Shown: piece after piece, positions 1 to 8,787 of the stretch
Layout of the letters: the number at the start of each line of letters is the position of its first letter
Numbering within the stretch: position 1 is the first letter of the stretch
IMG/VR virus record: IMGVR_UViG_3300023440_000002
Coordinates: 44,382 to 108,381 of that record
Source: a virus
Length of the DNA stretch: 64,000 nt
Strand: one strand, 5' to 3'
Notes under the pieces: generated by a model
Told to the model about the DNA's origin: nothing
The model's database searches: none
Seen by the model: only the letters and a program-made list of their open reading frames with translations
Translations under genes and position numbers: made by a program

Positions 1-16
1 AAAGAGAGGTAACTGA

Positions 17-226
17 TTGATATGTTTGAACTGTAAATTAGGTTATATGACCAGGCATCATGAACAACCATTTGGTGTGAATGAGTGGGTTAAGTGTTCG
101 TTATGTTCATACTGTTGCAAAGGAAGTACGGATGATAGTTGTTATAAAAAAAAGCACCTTAGCCGAAATGAAGAAAAGAATCCAGAGATTAGAAACCCTC
201 CACTTGAAAGCAGTAGAAAGAGCTGA
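17..226 (+). CDS. small Cys-rich (zinc-ribbon-like) hypothetical protein
   Basis: CxxC...CxxC pattern; AGAGG upstream of TTG start; overlaps next ORF. Confidence 0.4.
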   Translation: MICLNCKLGYMTRHHEQPFGVNEWVKCSLCSYCCKGSTDDSCYKKKHLSRNEEKNPEIRNPPLESSRKS

Positions 227-368
227 AAAAGCAATTAAAGACCTCGAAAAAGCAACTAAAAAAAAGAAACCTGAGTGCTCACACACTTTTAACCCAAAAT
301 GGGAATCACACATTGGACCAGCCCCTTGCTTGAAGTGCGGCCATGTAGTGTACCAAACGGACATCTAA
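132..368 (+). CDS. hypothetical protein, coiled coil plus C-terminal CxH/CxxC
   Basis: ORF 81..368 re-started at ATG 132 after AGGAAG; TAATG coupling to next gene. Confidence 0.55.
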   Translation: MIVVIKKSTLAEMKKRIQRLETLHLKAVERAEKAIKDLEKATKKKKPECSHTFNPKWESHIGPAPCLKCGHVVYQTDI

Positions 369-790
369 TGACTTTACTAGTAGACCTACAAAACTTAACG
401 ATTGGCACACAGACGAAGCAGATCGACGCTAATGATTCATACATGGAACATGCCGGACCGGTAGACTTCCGTTCGTTCATGGAATCAAAAGCAAGAAAAG
501 GCGAAACTTCCGCCATGTTCCACTTAGAAAAGGAAGGTAATGCCAGAATAAGAAAGGCAGGTTACCAGTCTCTCAGTGGTCAAATAGGCACCTTAAGACC
601 AGAACCTGGTCGAGGACTGATAAGTCGTAATGGGGTAGGGTGGCTTTATATGAACCTGTCCACTTTAAATGAAACACAATTCAAAGCAGAGGTGCAAGAT
701 TTTATAGATTATCTAGAATCAGAGGGTATCGTAATAACATCAGAGATAGTAGGTACTTCCATGGCGGACATTGGGGTTTCTTGGGCTTAG
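368..790 (+). CDS. hypothetical protein
   Basis: ORF 299..790 re-started at ATG 368 (TAATG overlap). Confidence 0.6.
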   Translation: MTLLVDLQNLTIGTQTKQIDANDSYMEHAGPVDFRSFMESKARKGETSAMFHLEKEGNARIRKAGYQSLSGQIGTLRPEPGRGLISRNGVGWLYMNLSTLNETQFKAEVQDFIDYLESEGIVITSEIVGTSMADIGVSWA

Positions 791-805
791 CTCGCAAAAC
801 TTAAC

Positions 806-832
806 TAAAGTTTTTCAGCAAAGATCCGATAG
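806..832 (+). promoter_or_regulatory. sigma-28 (FliA)-type promoter heading array A
   Basis: TAAAGTTT-N11-TCCGATAG versus consensus TAAAGTTT-N11-GCCGATAA; intergenic, directly upstream of array. Confidence 0.75.
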
Positions 833-878
833 GGTGTATGTAAATGGCAAGTAGCTAACCCAATAAGGGAAAACCTAG

Positions 879-1040
879 ATGGAAACTAAATCTATTGCAA
901 GTAAGGTTCACAGGAAGGTTCACGAGCAGATTCGCTGGCAGGTTTTCGGGCAGATTAACTGGGAGATTAGCAACCAGGTTGCCGATCAAATAATCAATCC
1001 AATAATCAATCCAATAAGGGATGATCTAAATGGAAACTAA
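879..1040 (+). CDS. array repeat peptide (53 aa)
   Basis: METKSIAS...NPIRDDLNGN, hand-translated. Confidence 0.75.
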   Translation: METKSIASKVHRKVHEQIRWQVFGQINWEISNQVADQIINPIINPIRDDLNGN

Positions 1041-1263
1041 AGATATTACAAAAGATGTTCGCCAGCAGGTTTACGAGCAGGTTCGCCAGGAGGTTTACGA
1101 GCAGGTTAACCGGCAGGTTCGCTGGAAGGTTGACGAGCAGATTCACTGGCAAATTCGAGATCAGGTTTACCGGCAGGTTCGCTGGCAGATTAACTGGCAG
1201 ATTAGCGATCAGGTTAACTGACAAATAACTGAACCAATAAAGGATAACCTAGATGAAAGCTAA
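1030..1263 (+). pseudogene. array unit with in-frame TGA (1219-1221) at a Trp-type position
   Basis: ...QVN*QITEPIKDNLDES*; frame intact to the family stop. Confidence 0.65.
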
Positions 1264-1378
1264 AGATATCACAAAAGAGGTTTACCGGCAGGTTCGCTGG
1301 CCGATTCTCGAGCAGGTTGCCGATCAAATAATCAATCCAATAATCAATCCAATAAGGGAAAACCTAAATGGAAGCTAA
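1253..1378 (+). CDS. array repeat peptide (41 aa)
   Basis: MKAKDITKEV...NPIRENLNGS. Confidence 0.7.
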   Translation: MKAKDITKEVYRQVRWPILEQVADQIINPIINPIRENLNGS

Positions 1379-1538
1379 AGTTATTACAAATATAACCGAT
1401 AAGATTTACAGTCAGGTTCTCAACCAGGTTAGCGACCGGATTCACGAGCAGCTTTACTGGGAGATTTACGGGCAGGTCCACGACCAGGTTCTCGGGCAAA
1501 TATCTGACCCAATAGAGGAAAACCTAGATGGAAGCTAA
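1368..1538 (+). CDS. array repeat peptide (56 aa) with embedded sigma-28 motif
   Basis: MEAKVITNITDKIY...DPIEENLDGS. Confidence 0.75.
   Translation: MEAKVITNITDKIYSQVLNQVSDRIHEQLYWEIYGQVHDQVLGQISDPIEENLDGS
1376..1402 (+). promoter_or_regulatory. sigma-28-type promoter inside array unit
   Basis: TAAAGTTA-N11-ACCGATAA. Confidence 0.65.
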
Positions 1539-1713
1539 AGTTATTACTAATAATATTTACGACCAGGTTCGCCAGAAGATTAAACAGCAGATTTTCGAGC
1601 AAGTTTATTGGCAAGTTAGCTTGCAGGTTCGCTGGTATATTAGCGATCAGATTAACCAGCAGGTTCGCGAGCAAATAGCCACCCCAATAAGGGAAAATCT
1701 AAGTGGAAACTGA
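1528..1713 (+). CDS. array repeat peptide (61 aa)
   Basis: ORF track; family caps. Confidence 0.75.
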   Translation: MEAKVITNNIYDQVRQKIKQQIFEQVYWQVSLQVRWYISDQINQQVREQIATPIRENLSGN

Positions 1714-1816
1714 AGATATTACAAAAGAGGTTCGCCGGCATATTGTCAAGCAGATTAACTTGCAGGTTCGCGATCAAGTAACTAATCCAATATGGACTGA
1801 TCTAAATGGAAACTAA
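1703..1816 (+). CDS. array repeat peptide (37 aa, GTG start)
   Basis: (M)ETEDITKEV...NPIWTDLNGN. Confidence 0.65.
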   Translation: METEDITKEVRRHIVKQINLQVRDQVTNPIWTDLNGN

Positions 1817-2012
1817 AGACGTTACAAATACAGCCGATCAGTCCCGCCGGCAGGTTCGCTGGAAGGTTGCCGATCAGGTTTTCGACCAGGTTAATGATCA
1901 GGTTAATGATCAGGTTTACTGGCAGATTAACTGGGAGATTAGCAACCAGGTTGCCGATCAAATAATCAATCCAATAATCAATCCAATAAGGGATGATCTA
2001 AATGGAAACTAA
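1806..2012 (+). CDS. array repeat peptide (68 aa)
   Basis: ORF track; near-identical to 2542..2748; TAAAGACG-N11-GCCGATCA at 1814-1840. Confidence 0.75.
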   Translation: METKDVTNTADQSRRQVRWKVADQVFDQVNDQVNDQVYWQINWEISNQVADQIINPIINPIRDDLNGN

Positions 2013-2187
2013 AGATATTACTAATGAGGTTCGCCAGCAGGTTTACTGGGAGATTCACAGTCAGGTTAACTGGCATGTTCGCAACCAGGTTCGCAACCAG
2101 GTTCGCCGGAAGGTTTTCTCGCAGATTTACGAGCAGGTTTTCGGGCAAATAACTAACCCAATAAAGGAAGATCTAGATGGAAACTGA
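2002..2187 (+). CDS. array repeat peptide (61 aa)
   Basis: ORF track; family caps. Confidence 0.75.
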   Translation: METKDITNEVRQQVYWEIHSQVNWHVRNQVRNQVRRKVFSQIYEQVFGQITNPIKEDLDGN

Positions 2188-2347
2188 AGATGTTACAGAT
2201 AAGATTTACTATCGAATTACCGGACAGGTCCGCAATCAGGTTGAGTGGCAGGTTCGCAGGCAGGTTCGTGACCAGATTATTGACCAGATTTACGACCAGA
2301 TTGACGAACAAATAGTTATCCCAATAAAGGAAAATCTAAATGACTGA
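2177..2347 (+). CDS. array repeat peptide (56 aa)
   Basis: METEDVTDKIY...IPIKENLND. Confidence 0.7.
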   Translation: METEDVTDKIYYRITGQVRNQVEWQVRRQVRDQIIDQIYDQIDEQIVIPIKENLND

Positions 2348-2552
2348 AGCTAAAGTTATTAAAAATAAGATTTACCGGCAGATTCGCGGCCAGATTTGCC
2401 GGCAGATTAACCGGCAGATTCGCTGGCAGACTCGCAGTCAGATTTGCCGGCAGATTAACTGGGATATTCGCGATCAGGTTCGCATTCAGATTTACGATCA
2501 GGCTAATGATCAAATATTTAATCCAATAAGGGATGATCTAAATGGAAACTAA
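2340..2552 (+). CDS. array repeat peptide (70 aa)
   Basis: ORF track; family caps. Confidence 0.75.
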   Translation: MTEAKVIKNKIYRQIRGQICRQINRQIRWQTRSQICRQINWDIRDQVRIQIYDQANDQIFNPIRDDLNGN

Positions 2553-2748
2553 AGATATTACAAATACAGCCGATCAGTCCCGCCGGCAGGTTCGCTGGAA
2601 GGTTGCCGATCAGATTTTCGACCAGGTTAATGATCAGGTTTACTGGCAGGTTTTCGGGCAGATTAACTGGGAGATTAGCAACCAGGTTGCCGATCAAATA
2701 ATCAATCCAATAATCAATCCAATAAGGGATGACCTAAATGGAAACTAA
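2542..2748 (+). CDS. array repeat peptide (68 aa)
   Basis: ORF track; TAAAGATA-N11-GCCGATCA at 2550-2576. Confidence 0.75.
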   Translation: METKDITNTADQSRRQVRWKVADQIFDQVNDQVYWQVFGQINWEISNQVADQIINPIINPIRDDLNGN

Positions 2749-2911
2749 AGATATTGCAAAAGAGATTCACGAGCAGGTTTACGAGCAGGTTTGCGACCAG
2801 GTTAGCGAGCAGGTTCGCCGGCAGGTTCGCCGGCAGGTTTACTGTCAGATTGGCGACCAGACTTACTGGCAAGTAACTAACCCAATAAGGGATGACCTAA
2901 ATGGAAACTGA
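2738..2911 (+). CDS. array repeat peptide (57 aa)
   Basis: METKDIAKEIHEQV...NPIRDDLNGN. Confidence 0.7.
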   Translation: METKDIAKEIHEQVYEQVCDQVSEQVRRQVRRQVYCQIGDQTYWQVTNPIRDDLNGN

Positions 2912-3113
2912 AGATATTGCAAAAGAGATTCACGAGCAGGTTGGCGAGCAGATTCGCCGGCAACTTTACGAGCAGGTTAACCGGCAGGTTCGCTGGAAGG
3001 TTGACGAGCAGATTTACTGGAAGGTTCGCTGGCAGATTCTCAACCAGGTTTCCGAGCAAATTACCAATCAGATTATCTGACAGATTCAAAACCCAATAAG
3101 GGATAACCCCTAA
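2901..3113 (+). pseudogene. last unit of array A, in-frame TGA at 3078-3080
   Basis: ...NQII*QIQNPIRDNP*. Confidence 0.6.
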
Positions 3114-3135
3114 ATAAACTAAGAAAGGAACTATT

Positions 3136-3357
3136 ATGGCAAAGCAAGAATCAACACCGTGGGATGACCTAGAAGGAAGATTGGTCAACTACAAAAAACT
3201 ACACCAGAAGAAAGCCACCGGACCACTCAAGGAAGAACTGGCTAAGGCAAAAACCCTAACTCAAGCTAGAAAGGTACTCTTCGGAGAAAAGAAGAAAAGA
3301 ATCAATTGCTCTAATTGCTCACACAAAGTTTGTGTTTGCGGGAAAACTTCCCGTTGA
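3136..3357 (+). CDS. hypothetical protein, C-terminal Cys cluster
   Basis: strong RBS AAGGAA; CxxCxxxxCxC. Confidence 0.65.
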   Translation: MAKQESTPWDDLEGRLVNYKKLHQKKATGPLKEELAKAKTLTQARKVLFGEKKKRINCSNCSHKVCVCGKTSR

Positions 3358-3365
3358 TTTTCGCA

Positions 3366-3539
3366 GTGAAGGTCAAAATAGAATCATTTGACTCGAGGTT
3401 TACTGAAATAACCCAAGACCTTTATTTCAGTAAACCTCCTAGTGAACAAGAAATAACCAAAGAGGCTTCTATTGACCCGCAAGTAAAGTGGTCATACATC
3501 GTAAAAAGAGTAATCATAATCAACAATGAAGGTATTTAA
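3366..3539 (+). CDS. hypothetical protein
   Basis: ORF 3315..3539, likely GTG start at 3366. Confidence 0.4.
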   Translation: MKVKIESFDSRFTEITQDLYFSKPPSEQEITKEASIDPQVKWSYIVKRVIIINNEGI

Positions 3540-3780
3540 CTTAATATTATGGCTTAAGGGATTGTTCTCTAAAAAGGGTATATCACACACTATTATGAAA
3601 CCCCAAGGATTTAACGCCCTTAAGCCTAGCACCCCATCTAATTGCATTTATTGCGAAAACCAATGGGAAGAATTCGACCAGCATTCTTATGAAAGATGCA
3701 GTAAATGCTTCGATCTAACCAACCTCCACCCAAGCAAAGTAACTTTAAAGAACAATAAAATCACCATTAACTTCGAGTAA
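3526..3780 (+). CDS. hypothetical zinc-finger-like protein
   Basis: CIYC...CSKC. Confidence 0.55.
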   Translation: MKVFNLILWLKGLFSKKGISHTIMKPQGFNALKPSTPSNCIYCENQWEEFDQHSYERCSKCFDLTNLHPSKVTLKNNKITINFE

Positions 3781-3784
3781 ACCC

Positions 3785-6010
3785 ATGACTAAATACGAAC
3801 AATTCAGACAATACATCGCCCAATTCCTCCAAGGCCCTAACGTAGAAGCGATACTTAATAGTTTAGCAGACGATTCAACTAAACTAGAAAACCTATCGAG
3901 ATCCGTAACAGACCAGCTAACCATATCGACAGCCTCAAGTGTTTACTTAGATAAAAGACTAGCTGACAAAGGAATAACTCGCCCACCAGAACTAGGCATG
4001 TCTGACATATCATTCCGTAAGATGGGAATACAAATAACTGCGGCTAAGCAACTAACTGGATTAATCCATACGATACTGGGCACTTTCTATGGTGAAGAAG
4101 CAGTAAGGGCTAACCTGAAGAATACTAAGACAGGACCTTACAACCTAGAAGAAGGAATGGAACTAGAGTTCGAACTAGAGGATGGTATTACTAGGGTGGT
4201 ATCATTCAAAAACACAGACTTCATAAACATCAACCAAGCTACGGCATCAGAGGTAGCATCAGTAATAACACGATTCATAAGAACACAGAACTTAGGAGCT
4301 TTTGCTAGTACAGTAAAGGACTTAAACACAGGCTTAGAGTTCATAAAGTTGTTCGGTGGAGCTGCGGGGCCATACTCAACAGTGACAGTCACAGGAGGCG
4401 AAGCTAATACAATCCTGCAATTTCCTAATATTAGAGGAACCGAGCTGTTAGTTAATGATACAGCATGGGAGATTACCCGTACCGTAGGCAGCACATTACG
4501 GTTCAGATGGGCAGGCAATTCCAAACCGGCATTAGACTTGATATTTCCAACCGACCGCGTAATGATTTACGGGCAAAGTTTTGAGTCTATTGGACTGGCC
4601 GGAACTTTTATTGTCTCAAACGTACGACCTCCACTGATCGGCCCAGACCTAGACGCAGGGTGGTTCGAGATAGAAGTCCCTGCTTTCAGTGGCTTACGTT
4701 CTACTCAGCCTGGCACAACACCCCCAACTAACGTACCACCCGACACTATCTATTCTTATACCATAGTTCAAGCCAACTGGGAAGAGCTAATGTTCATGAA
4801 GCCAGTCAAAGCTTTACCTAACCGCCAGGTGCGTTACGCCTTAGGTTGGGAGCCTAGAGGTGATTTGCTGCGAATTTATATGCCGGCAACAACTGGTATT
4901 GTCTCTAGGGGGATTGAAGGTGCAGCACACTTACATTCGCTTTACGAGGACGGTAATCTGGATGGGGCTTTCGGCTCTGTTACGGATCTTGACTCCGCAG
5001 TGGAAGTTATCTCAGATCGCATTATACGATACCGCCAACTAGGTTACGATAATCACGCTACGGGAGGAGTATTGTCTTGGGGTGGTAATGACTACGAAAT
5101 CGATTATGTCCGGCGTGAGCAATTCACCTCTACCGTATTTTTGAATGAGCCCCACGGATTGCCGGTAGTGCAAGATTCTTTCGGGCGCGACGTTTCTTTG
5201 GAAGTGGTATCTGTTGTGGTGGATATTATGCAGACAGACGATTTAGAATTCAAATCCCCCTATATGGTTGACCTAGGTAAGAACTACACCGTCAGGTCTG
5301 AGTTTGTTACTTCTCGCGCTAAGGTGTTTGCGGGTTCCACCCTGTCCACTTTGGATGTGGATGGTATTTTACCTAATGAGCCAGGGGTATTATTGTTCGA
5401 CTTAAACACCGACAAAGAAGAAGGCCCTATTCGTTATGTTGGGGTTCAGGCTCAAAACGCCCCTAACGTGGTGAATATAGTGACTATTTCCCAAAACGGG
5501 CTGAATGTTACCATTACCACAGATGCTCCTCACGGCGCTACTAGTGGCAGCAACATAGTAATATCAGGTACAACTTTCTTTGATGGGGTGTATCCCGTAG
5601 TGGGCGTACCTAACCCGACTACCATCCAAGCGATTTCCACTGTCGTCCAGGTGGAGAATGAGGTTGGGGTAGGTAGCTTGTCTGTTGTGGTGGATAATGT
5701 TCGGTCTACGTTGCTGCTCGACCCTAGCAATGAATTCAAGTTTGATCATGAAATAGGAGCTGACTTAACTTTGATGTCTTCTAGGAATGCCTACCAGCCT
5801 GCCTTAGATGGCTCAGATTACCCGTTCTACGTTACTGGGGTAGCTGAGGGTAGAGTTTTCGCTGCGGACGTCATAGAGGCTATTACGGCGTTAGGGATTA
5901 ATATCGAAATATTGATCGTCTACCCAAGCGATAAAGGCCTAGGCAACGAAGGAGGTTCAGATGGTAATGAAACCCCTGTGTCAGATAAAGTTACGGTTTG
6001 GGGTGTTTAA
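3785..6010 (+). CDS. putative baseplate wedge/tail structural protein
   Basis: 741 aa; N-terminal 'TISTASSVYLDKRLADKGITRP...DISFRK' resembles baseplate wedge (gpI/DUF2612-like) N-termini; beta-rich body with 'TITTDAPHG...IVISGT' module also repeated in the 1717-aa tail protein. Confidence 0.6.
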   Translation: MTKYEQFRQYIAQFLQGPNVEAILNSLADDSTKLENLSRSVTDQLTISTASSVYLDKRLADKGITRPPELGMSDISFRKMGIQITAAKQLTGLIHTILGTFYGEEAVRANLKNTKTGPYNLEEGMELEFELEDGITRVVSFKNTDFININQATASEVASVITRFIRTQNLGAFASTVKDLNTGLEFIKLFGGAAGPYSTVTVTGGEANTILQFPNIRGTELLVNDTAWEITRTVGSTLRFRWAGNSKPALDLIFPTDRVMIYGQSFESIGLAGTFIVSNVRPPLIGPDLDAGWFEIEVPAFSGLRSTQPGTTPPTNVPPDTIYSYTIVQANWEELMFMKPVKALPNRQVRYALGWEPRGDLLRIYMPATTGIVSRGIEGAAHLHSLYEDGNLDGAFGSVTDLDSAVEVISDRIIRYRQLGYDNHATGGVLSWGGNDYEIDYVRREQFTSTVFLNEPHGLPVVQDSFGRDVSLEVVSVVVDIMQTDDLEFKSPYMVDLGKNYTVRSEFVTSRAKVFAGSTLSTLDVDGILPNEPGVLLFDLNTDKEEGPIRYVGVQAQNAPNVVNIVTISQNGLNVTITTDAPHGATSGSNIVISGTTFFDGVYPVVGVPNPTTIQAISTVVQVENEVGVGSLSVVVDNVRSTLLLDPSNEFKFDHEIGADLTLMSSRNAYQPALDGSDYPFYVTGVAEGRVFAADVIEAITALGINIEILIVYPSDKGLGNEGGSDGNETPVSDKVTVWGV

Positions 6011-6170
6011 GATCTCCCCTTATCAGGTTAGCTACTTGCCAGCTAACCTGCCAGTGAACCCGGTTGCTAGTCTGACGTTGAATATGCCAGTAAACCTGTC
6101 CGCTAACCTGCTCGTAAACCTGCCGGTAAATCTGCTCGCGAATCTTATTAGCAATATCATTAGTTTTCAT
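5991..6170 (-). CDS. array repeat peptide (terminal unit; overlaps baseplate gene end)
   Basis: MKTNDIANK...NLIRGDLKHPKP. Confidence 0.7.
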   Translation of the reverse strand: MKTNDIANKIREQIYRQVYEQVSGQVYWHIQRQTSNRVHWQVSWQVANLIRGDLKHPKP

Positions 6171-6357
6171 CGATATCATCCTTTATTTGGTTAGCTACTT
6201 GCCAGCTAATCTGCTCGAGAATCGGCCAGCGAACCTGCCTTCTAATCTTATTGCTAACCTGCCAGCGGACCTGCCAGTGAACCTGCCAGATAACCTGCCA
6301 GTAAATCTGCTCGCGAACCTGCTGGCGAATCTCTTTTGCAATATCATTAGTTTCCAC
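6160..6357 (-). CDS. array repeat peptide
   Basis: ORF track. Confidence 0.75.
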   Translation of the reverse strand: METNDIAKEIRQQVREQIYWQVIWQVHWQVRWQVSNKIRRQVRWPILEQISWQVANQIKDDIDEN

Positions 6358-6520
6358 TTAGGTCGCTCCATATTGGATCAGTTATTTGCAGGCGAACCTG
6401 CTCGCAAGCCTGCCGGTGAACCTGCCATCCAACCTGCCAGCTAACCTGCTCGATAACCTGCTCGAGAATCTGCTCGTAAATCTGCTCGCGAATCTTACTT
6501 GTAATATCATTAGTTTCCAT
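6347..6520 (-). CDS. array repeat peptide (57 aa)
   Basis: hand-translated, open frame. Confidence 0.7.
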   Translation of the reverse strand: METNDITSKIREQIYEQILEQVIEQVSWQVGWQVHRQACEQVRLQITDPIWSDLSGN

Positions 6521-6707
6521 TCAGATTATCCCTTATTGGGTTGGCTATTTGCTGGCCAACTTGGTCGATAATCCGGTCGCTAACCTGCCGGTAAACCTGC
6601 TCGATAACCTTCCAGTAAACCTGGTCGTCAATCTGCTCGAGAATATGCCAGCAAACCTGATCGTAAACCTCCTGGCGAATCTCTTTTGCAATATCATTAG
6701 TTTCCAC
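6510..6707 (-). CDS. array repeat peptide
   Basis: ORF track. Confidence 0.75.
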   Translation of the reverse strand: METNDIAKEIRQEVYDQVCWHILEQIDDQVYWKVIEQVYRQVSDRIIDQVGQQIANPIRDNLNGN

Positions 6708-6891
6708 TTAGGTCGCTCCATATTGGGTTGGCTATTTGCTCTTGAACCTGCCAGTAAACCTGGTCGTTAACCTTCCAGTAAACCTGTCCGCTAACCTGCT
6801 CGTAAACCTGTCGGTAAATCTGCTCGCGAACCTGATCGATAACCTGCCCTCGAACCTGCTGGCGAATCTCTTTTGCAATATCTTCAGTCAT
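6697..6891 (-). CDS. array repeat peptide
   Basis: ORF track, start MTED. Confidence 0.75.
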   Translation of the reverse strand: MTEDIAKEIRQQVRGQVIDQVREQIYRQVYEQVSGQVYWKVNDQVYWQVQEQIANPIWSDLSGN

Positions 6892-7018
6892 ATAGATCAT
6901 CCTTGATTGGATTAGCTACTTGCAGGCGAACCTGCTCGTAAACCCGCCAGTTAATCTGGTCGTCAATATGGCCGTAAATCTTCCAGCGAATTTCTTTTGT
7001 AATACCTTTAGCTTTCAT
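6884..7018 (-). CDS. array repeat peptide (44 aa)
   Basis: hand-translated, open frame. Confidence 0.7.
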   Translation of the reverse strand: MKAKGITKEIRWKIYGHIDDQINWRVYEQVRLQVANPIKDDLYD

Positions 7019-7193
7019 TAAGGTTATCCTTTATTGGGTTAGCTATTTGATCGAAAACCTGGTCGATAACCTGCCCGCTAACCTGGTCGTCAATCTGCTC
7101 GAGAATATGCCAATAAGCCTGGTCGTTAACCTGCCCCAGAACCTGCTGGCGAACCTGCCAACGAACCTCATTAGTAATAACTTTAGCTTTCAT
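7008..7193 (-). CDS. array repeat peptide
   Basis: ORF track. Confidence 0.75.
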   Translation of the reverse strand: MKAKVITNEVRWQVRQQVLGQVNDQAYWHILEQIDDQVSGQVIDQVFDQIANPIKDNLNES

Positions 7194-7341
7194 CTAGGTC
7201 GCTCCATATTGGATCAGTTATTTGCAGGCGAACCTGGTCTCGAATCTCCCAGTGAACCTGCTCGATAACCTGCAAGTTAATTTGCTTGACAATATGCAGG
7301 TAAGCCTTCCAGCTAATCTCTTTTGCAATATCTTCAGTCAT
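7183..7341 (-). CDS. array repeat peptide (52 aa)
   Basis: hand-translated, open frame. Confidence 0.7.
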   Translation of the reverse strand: MTEDIAKEISWKAYLHIVKQINLQVIEQVHWEIRDQVRLQITDPIWSDLDES

Positions 7342-7525
7342 TTAGGTTTTCCTTTATTGGGTTAGTTATTTGCCAGCTAACCTGCTCGAGAATCTGCCAA
7401 TTAACCTGCTCGATAACCTGCCAGTAAACCTGTTCGATAACCTGCCGGCGGATCTGGTTGCGAACCTGCCCGCTAACCTGGTCGTCAATCTGACAGTAAA
7501 CTTGCCAGCTAATATCTTCAGTCAT
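7334..7525 (-). CDS. array repeat peptide
   Basis: ORF track. Confidence 0.75.
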   Translation of the reverse strand: MTEDISWQVYCQIDDQVSGQVRNQIRRQVIEQVYWQVIEQVNWQILEQVSWQITNPIKENLND

Positions 7526-7700
7526 TTAGGTTATCCTTTATTGGGTCAGATATTTGATCATGAACCTGCCATCCAATCTGCCATCCAATCTGCCGGAAAA
7601 CCTGCCAGTAAACCTGTCGGCGAACCTTCCAGAGAGCTTGGTCGTTAACCTGATCATTAACCTGCCGGTGAACATCTTTTGCAATATCTTCAGTTTCCAT
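7518..7700 (-). CDS. array repeat peptide
   Basis: ORF track. Confidence 0.75.
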   Translation of the reverse strand: METEDIAKDVHRQVNDQVNDQALWKVRRQVYWQVFRQIGWQIGWQVHDQISDPIKDNLND

Positions 7701-7851
7701 TTAGGTTATCCTTTATTGGGTCAGATATTTGATCATGAACCTGCCATCCAATCTGCCATCCAATCTGCCGGAGAGCCTGGTCGTTAATCTGCCAGTAAAT
7801 CTGTTGGTGAATCTGCTGGTGAATCTCATTAGTAATATCTTTAGCTTTCAT
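7690..7851 (-). CDS. array repeat peptide (53 aa)
   Basis: hand-translated, open frame. Confidence 0.7.
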   Translation of the reverse strand: MKAKDITNEIHQQIHQQIYWQINDQALRQIGWQIGWQVHDQISDPIKDNLNGN

Positions 7852-8002
7852 CTAGGTCTTCCCATATTGGATTAGCTATTTGCTCGAAAACCTGCTCGTA
7901 AACCTGCCGGCGAACCTGGTCGTAAACCTGCCCGCGAATCTGCCAGTAAATCTCCCAGTAAACCTGCCAGTTAACCTCTTTTGTGATATCTTCAGATTCC
8001 AT
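7841..8002 (-). CDS. array repeat peptide (53 aa)
   Basis: hand-translated, open frame. Confidence 0.7.
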   Translation of the reverse strand: MESEDITKEVNWQVYWEIYWQIRGQVYDQVRRQVYEQVFEQIANPIWEDLDES

Positions 8003-8213
8003 TTAGATCTACCTTTATTGGGGTGGCTATTTGATTGCGAACCTGCTCGTAAACCTGCCGGCGAACCTGGTCGCAAACCTGCCCGCGAATCTGCCAGTAA
8101 ATCTCCCAGTAAACCTGATCATTAATCTGCCAGTGAAGCTTCCAGTGAACCTGGCCGTTAATCTGCTCTCGAACCTGCTGGCGAATCTCATTAGTAATAT
8201 CTTCAGCTTTCAT
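7992..8213 (-). CDS. array repeat peptide
   Basis: ORF track. Confidence 0.75.
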   Translation of the reverse strand: MKAEDITNEIRQQVREQINGQVHWKLHWQINDQVYWEIYWQIRGQVCDQVRRQVYEQVRNQIATPIKVDLNGI

Positions 8214-8325
8214 CTAGGTCATCCATTATTGGGGTGGCTATTTGATTGCGAACCTGGTCGCTAACCTGCCGACCTTACTTTACATAAACCTTATCGGTTA
8301 TGTCTGTAATAACTTTAGCTTTCAC
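8203..8325 (-). pseudogene. promoter-type array unit (stop at codon 17)
   Basis: (M)KAKVITDITDKVYVK*; carries TAAAGTTA-N11-ACCGATAA at 8291-8317. Confidence 0.7.
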
Positions 8326-8500
8326 TTAGGTCTCCACCTATTAGGTTACGAACCTGCCGGCGAACCTGCCAGTGAACCGGCAGGTTAATTTGCTCGACAA
8401 TATGCAAGTAAGTCTTCCAGCTAGTCTGCTGGTTAACCTGCTGATGGATCTTCCAGTGAATCTGCCGGCGAATCTCTTTTGTAGTATCTTTAGTTTCCAT
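8315..8500 (-). CDS. array repeat peptide
   Basis: ORF track. Confidence 0.75.
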   Translation of the reverse strand: METKDTTKEIRRQIHWKIHQQVNQQTSWKTYLHIVEQINLPVHWQVRRQVRNLIGGDLSES

Positions 8501-8612
8501 TGAGATTTTCCTTTATTGGGTCAGTTATTTGATTGCGAGCTTGATCGTCAATTTGCCGACCTTACTTTACATAAACCTTATCGGCTATATCTGTAATAAC
8601 TTTAGTTTCCAT
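8490..8612 (-). pseudogene. promoter-type array unit (stop at codon 17)
   Basis: METKVITDIADKVYVK*; carries TAAAGTTA-N11-GCCGATAA at 8578-8604. Confidence 0.7.
8578..8604 (-). promoter_or_regulatory. near-consensus sigma-28 promoter inside array
   Basis: TAAAGTTA-N11-GCCGATAA (one mismatch to consensus). Confidence 0.75.
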
Positions 8613-8787
8613 GCAGATCTTCCCTTATTGGTTCAGTTATTTGCCCATGAACCTGGTCGTGAACTTGCCAGTTAATTTGATCGAGAATCTGGCCGTGAAC
8701 CTGGTCGCCAATCTGCTGATAAACACCCCGGCTAATCTGATCATTAATCTGCTGGTGAATCTTACCTATAATATCTTCAGTTTTCAT
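8602..8787 (-). CDS. array repeat peptide
   Basis: ORF track. Confidence 0.75.
   Translation of the reverse strand: MKTEDIIGKIHQQINDQISRGVYQQIGDQVHGQILDQINWQVHDQVHGQITEPIREDLHGN

Larger units (their letters stand above)
845..3113 (+). repeat. Array A: 13 tandem coupled mini-genes (Q-[V/I]-x-x repeat peptides) preceded by an orphan unit tail
   Basis: Conserved junction CCAATAA(A/G)GGA...CTA(A/G)ATGGAAACTAAAGATATT roughly every 110-220 bp; internal 12-bp CAG(G/A)TTNNCNNN microrepeat; starts 879,1030,1253,1368,1528,1703,1806,2002,2177,2340,2542,2738,2901. Confidence 0.95.

Noticed and set aside
3785-6010. Apparent shift from A/C-rich to G/T-rich composition within the baseplate-like gene
   Set aside because: Visual impression only. 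Without a skew calculation I cannot tell a terminus or recombination junction from noise.
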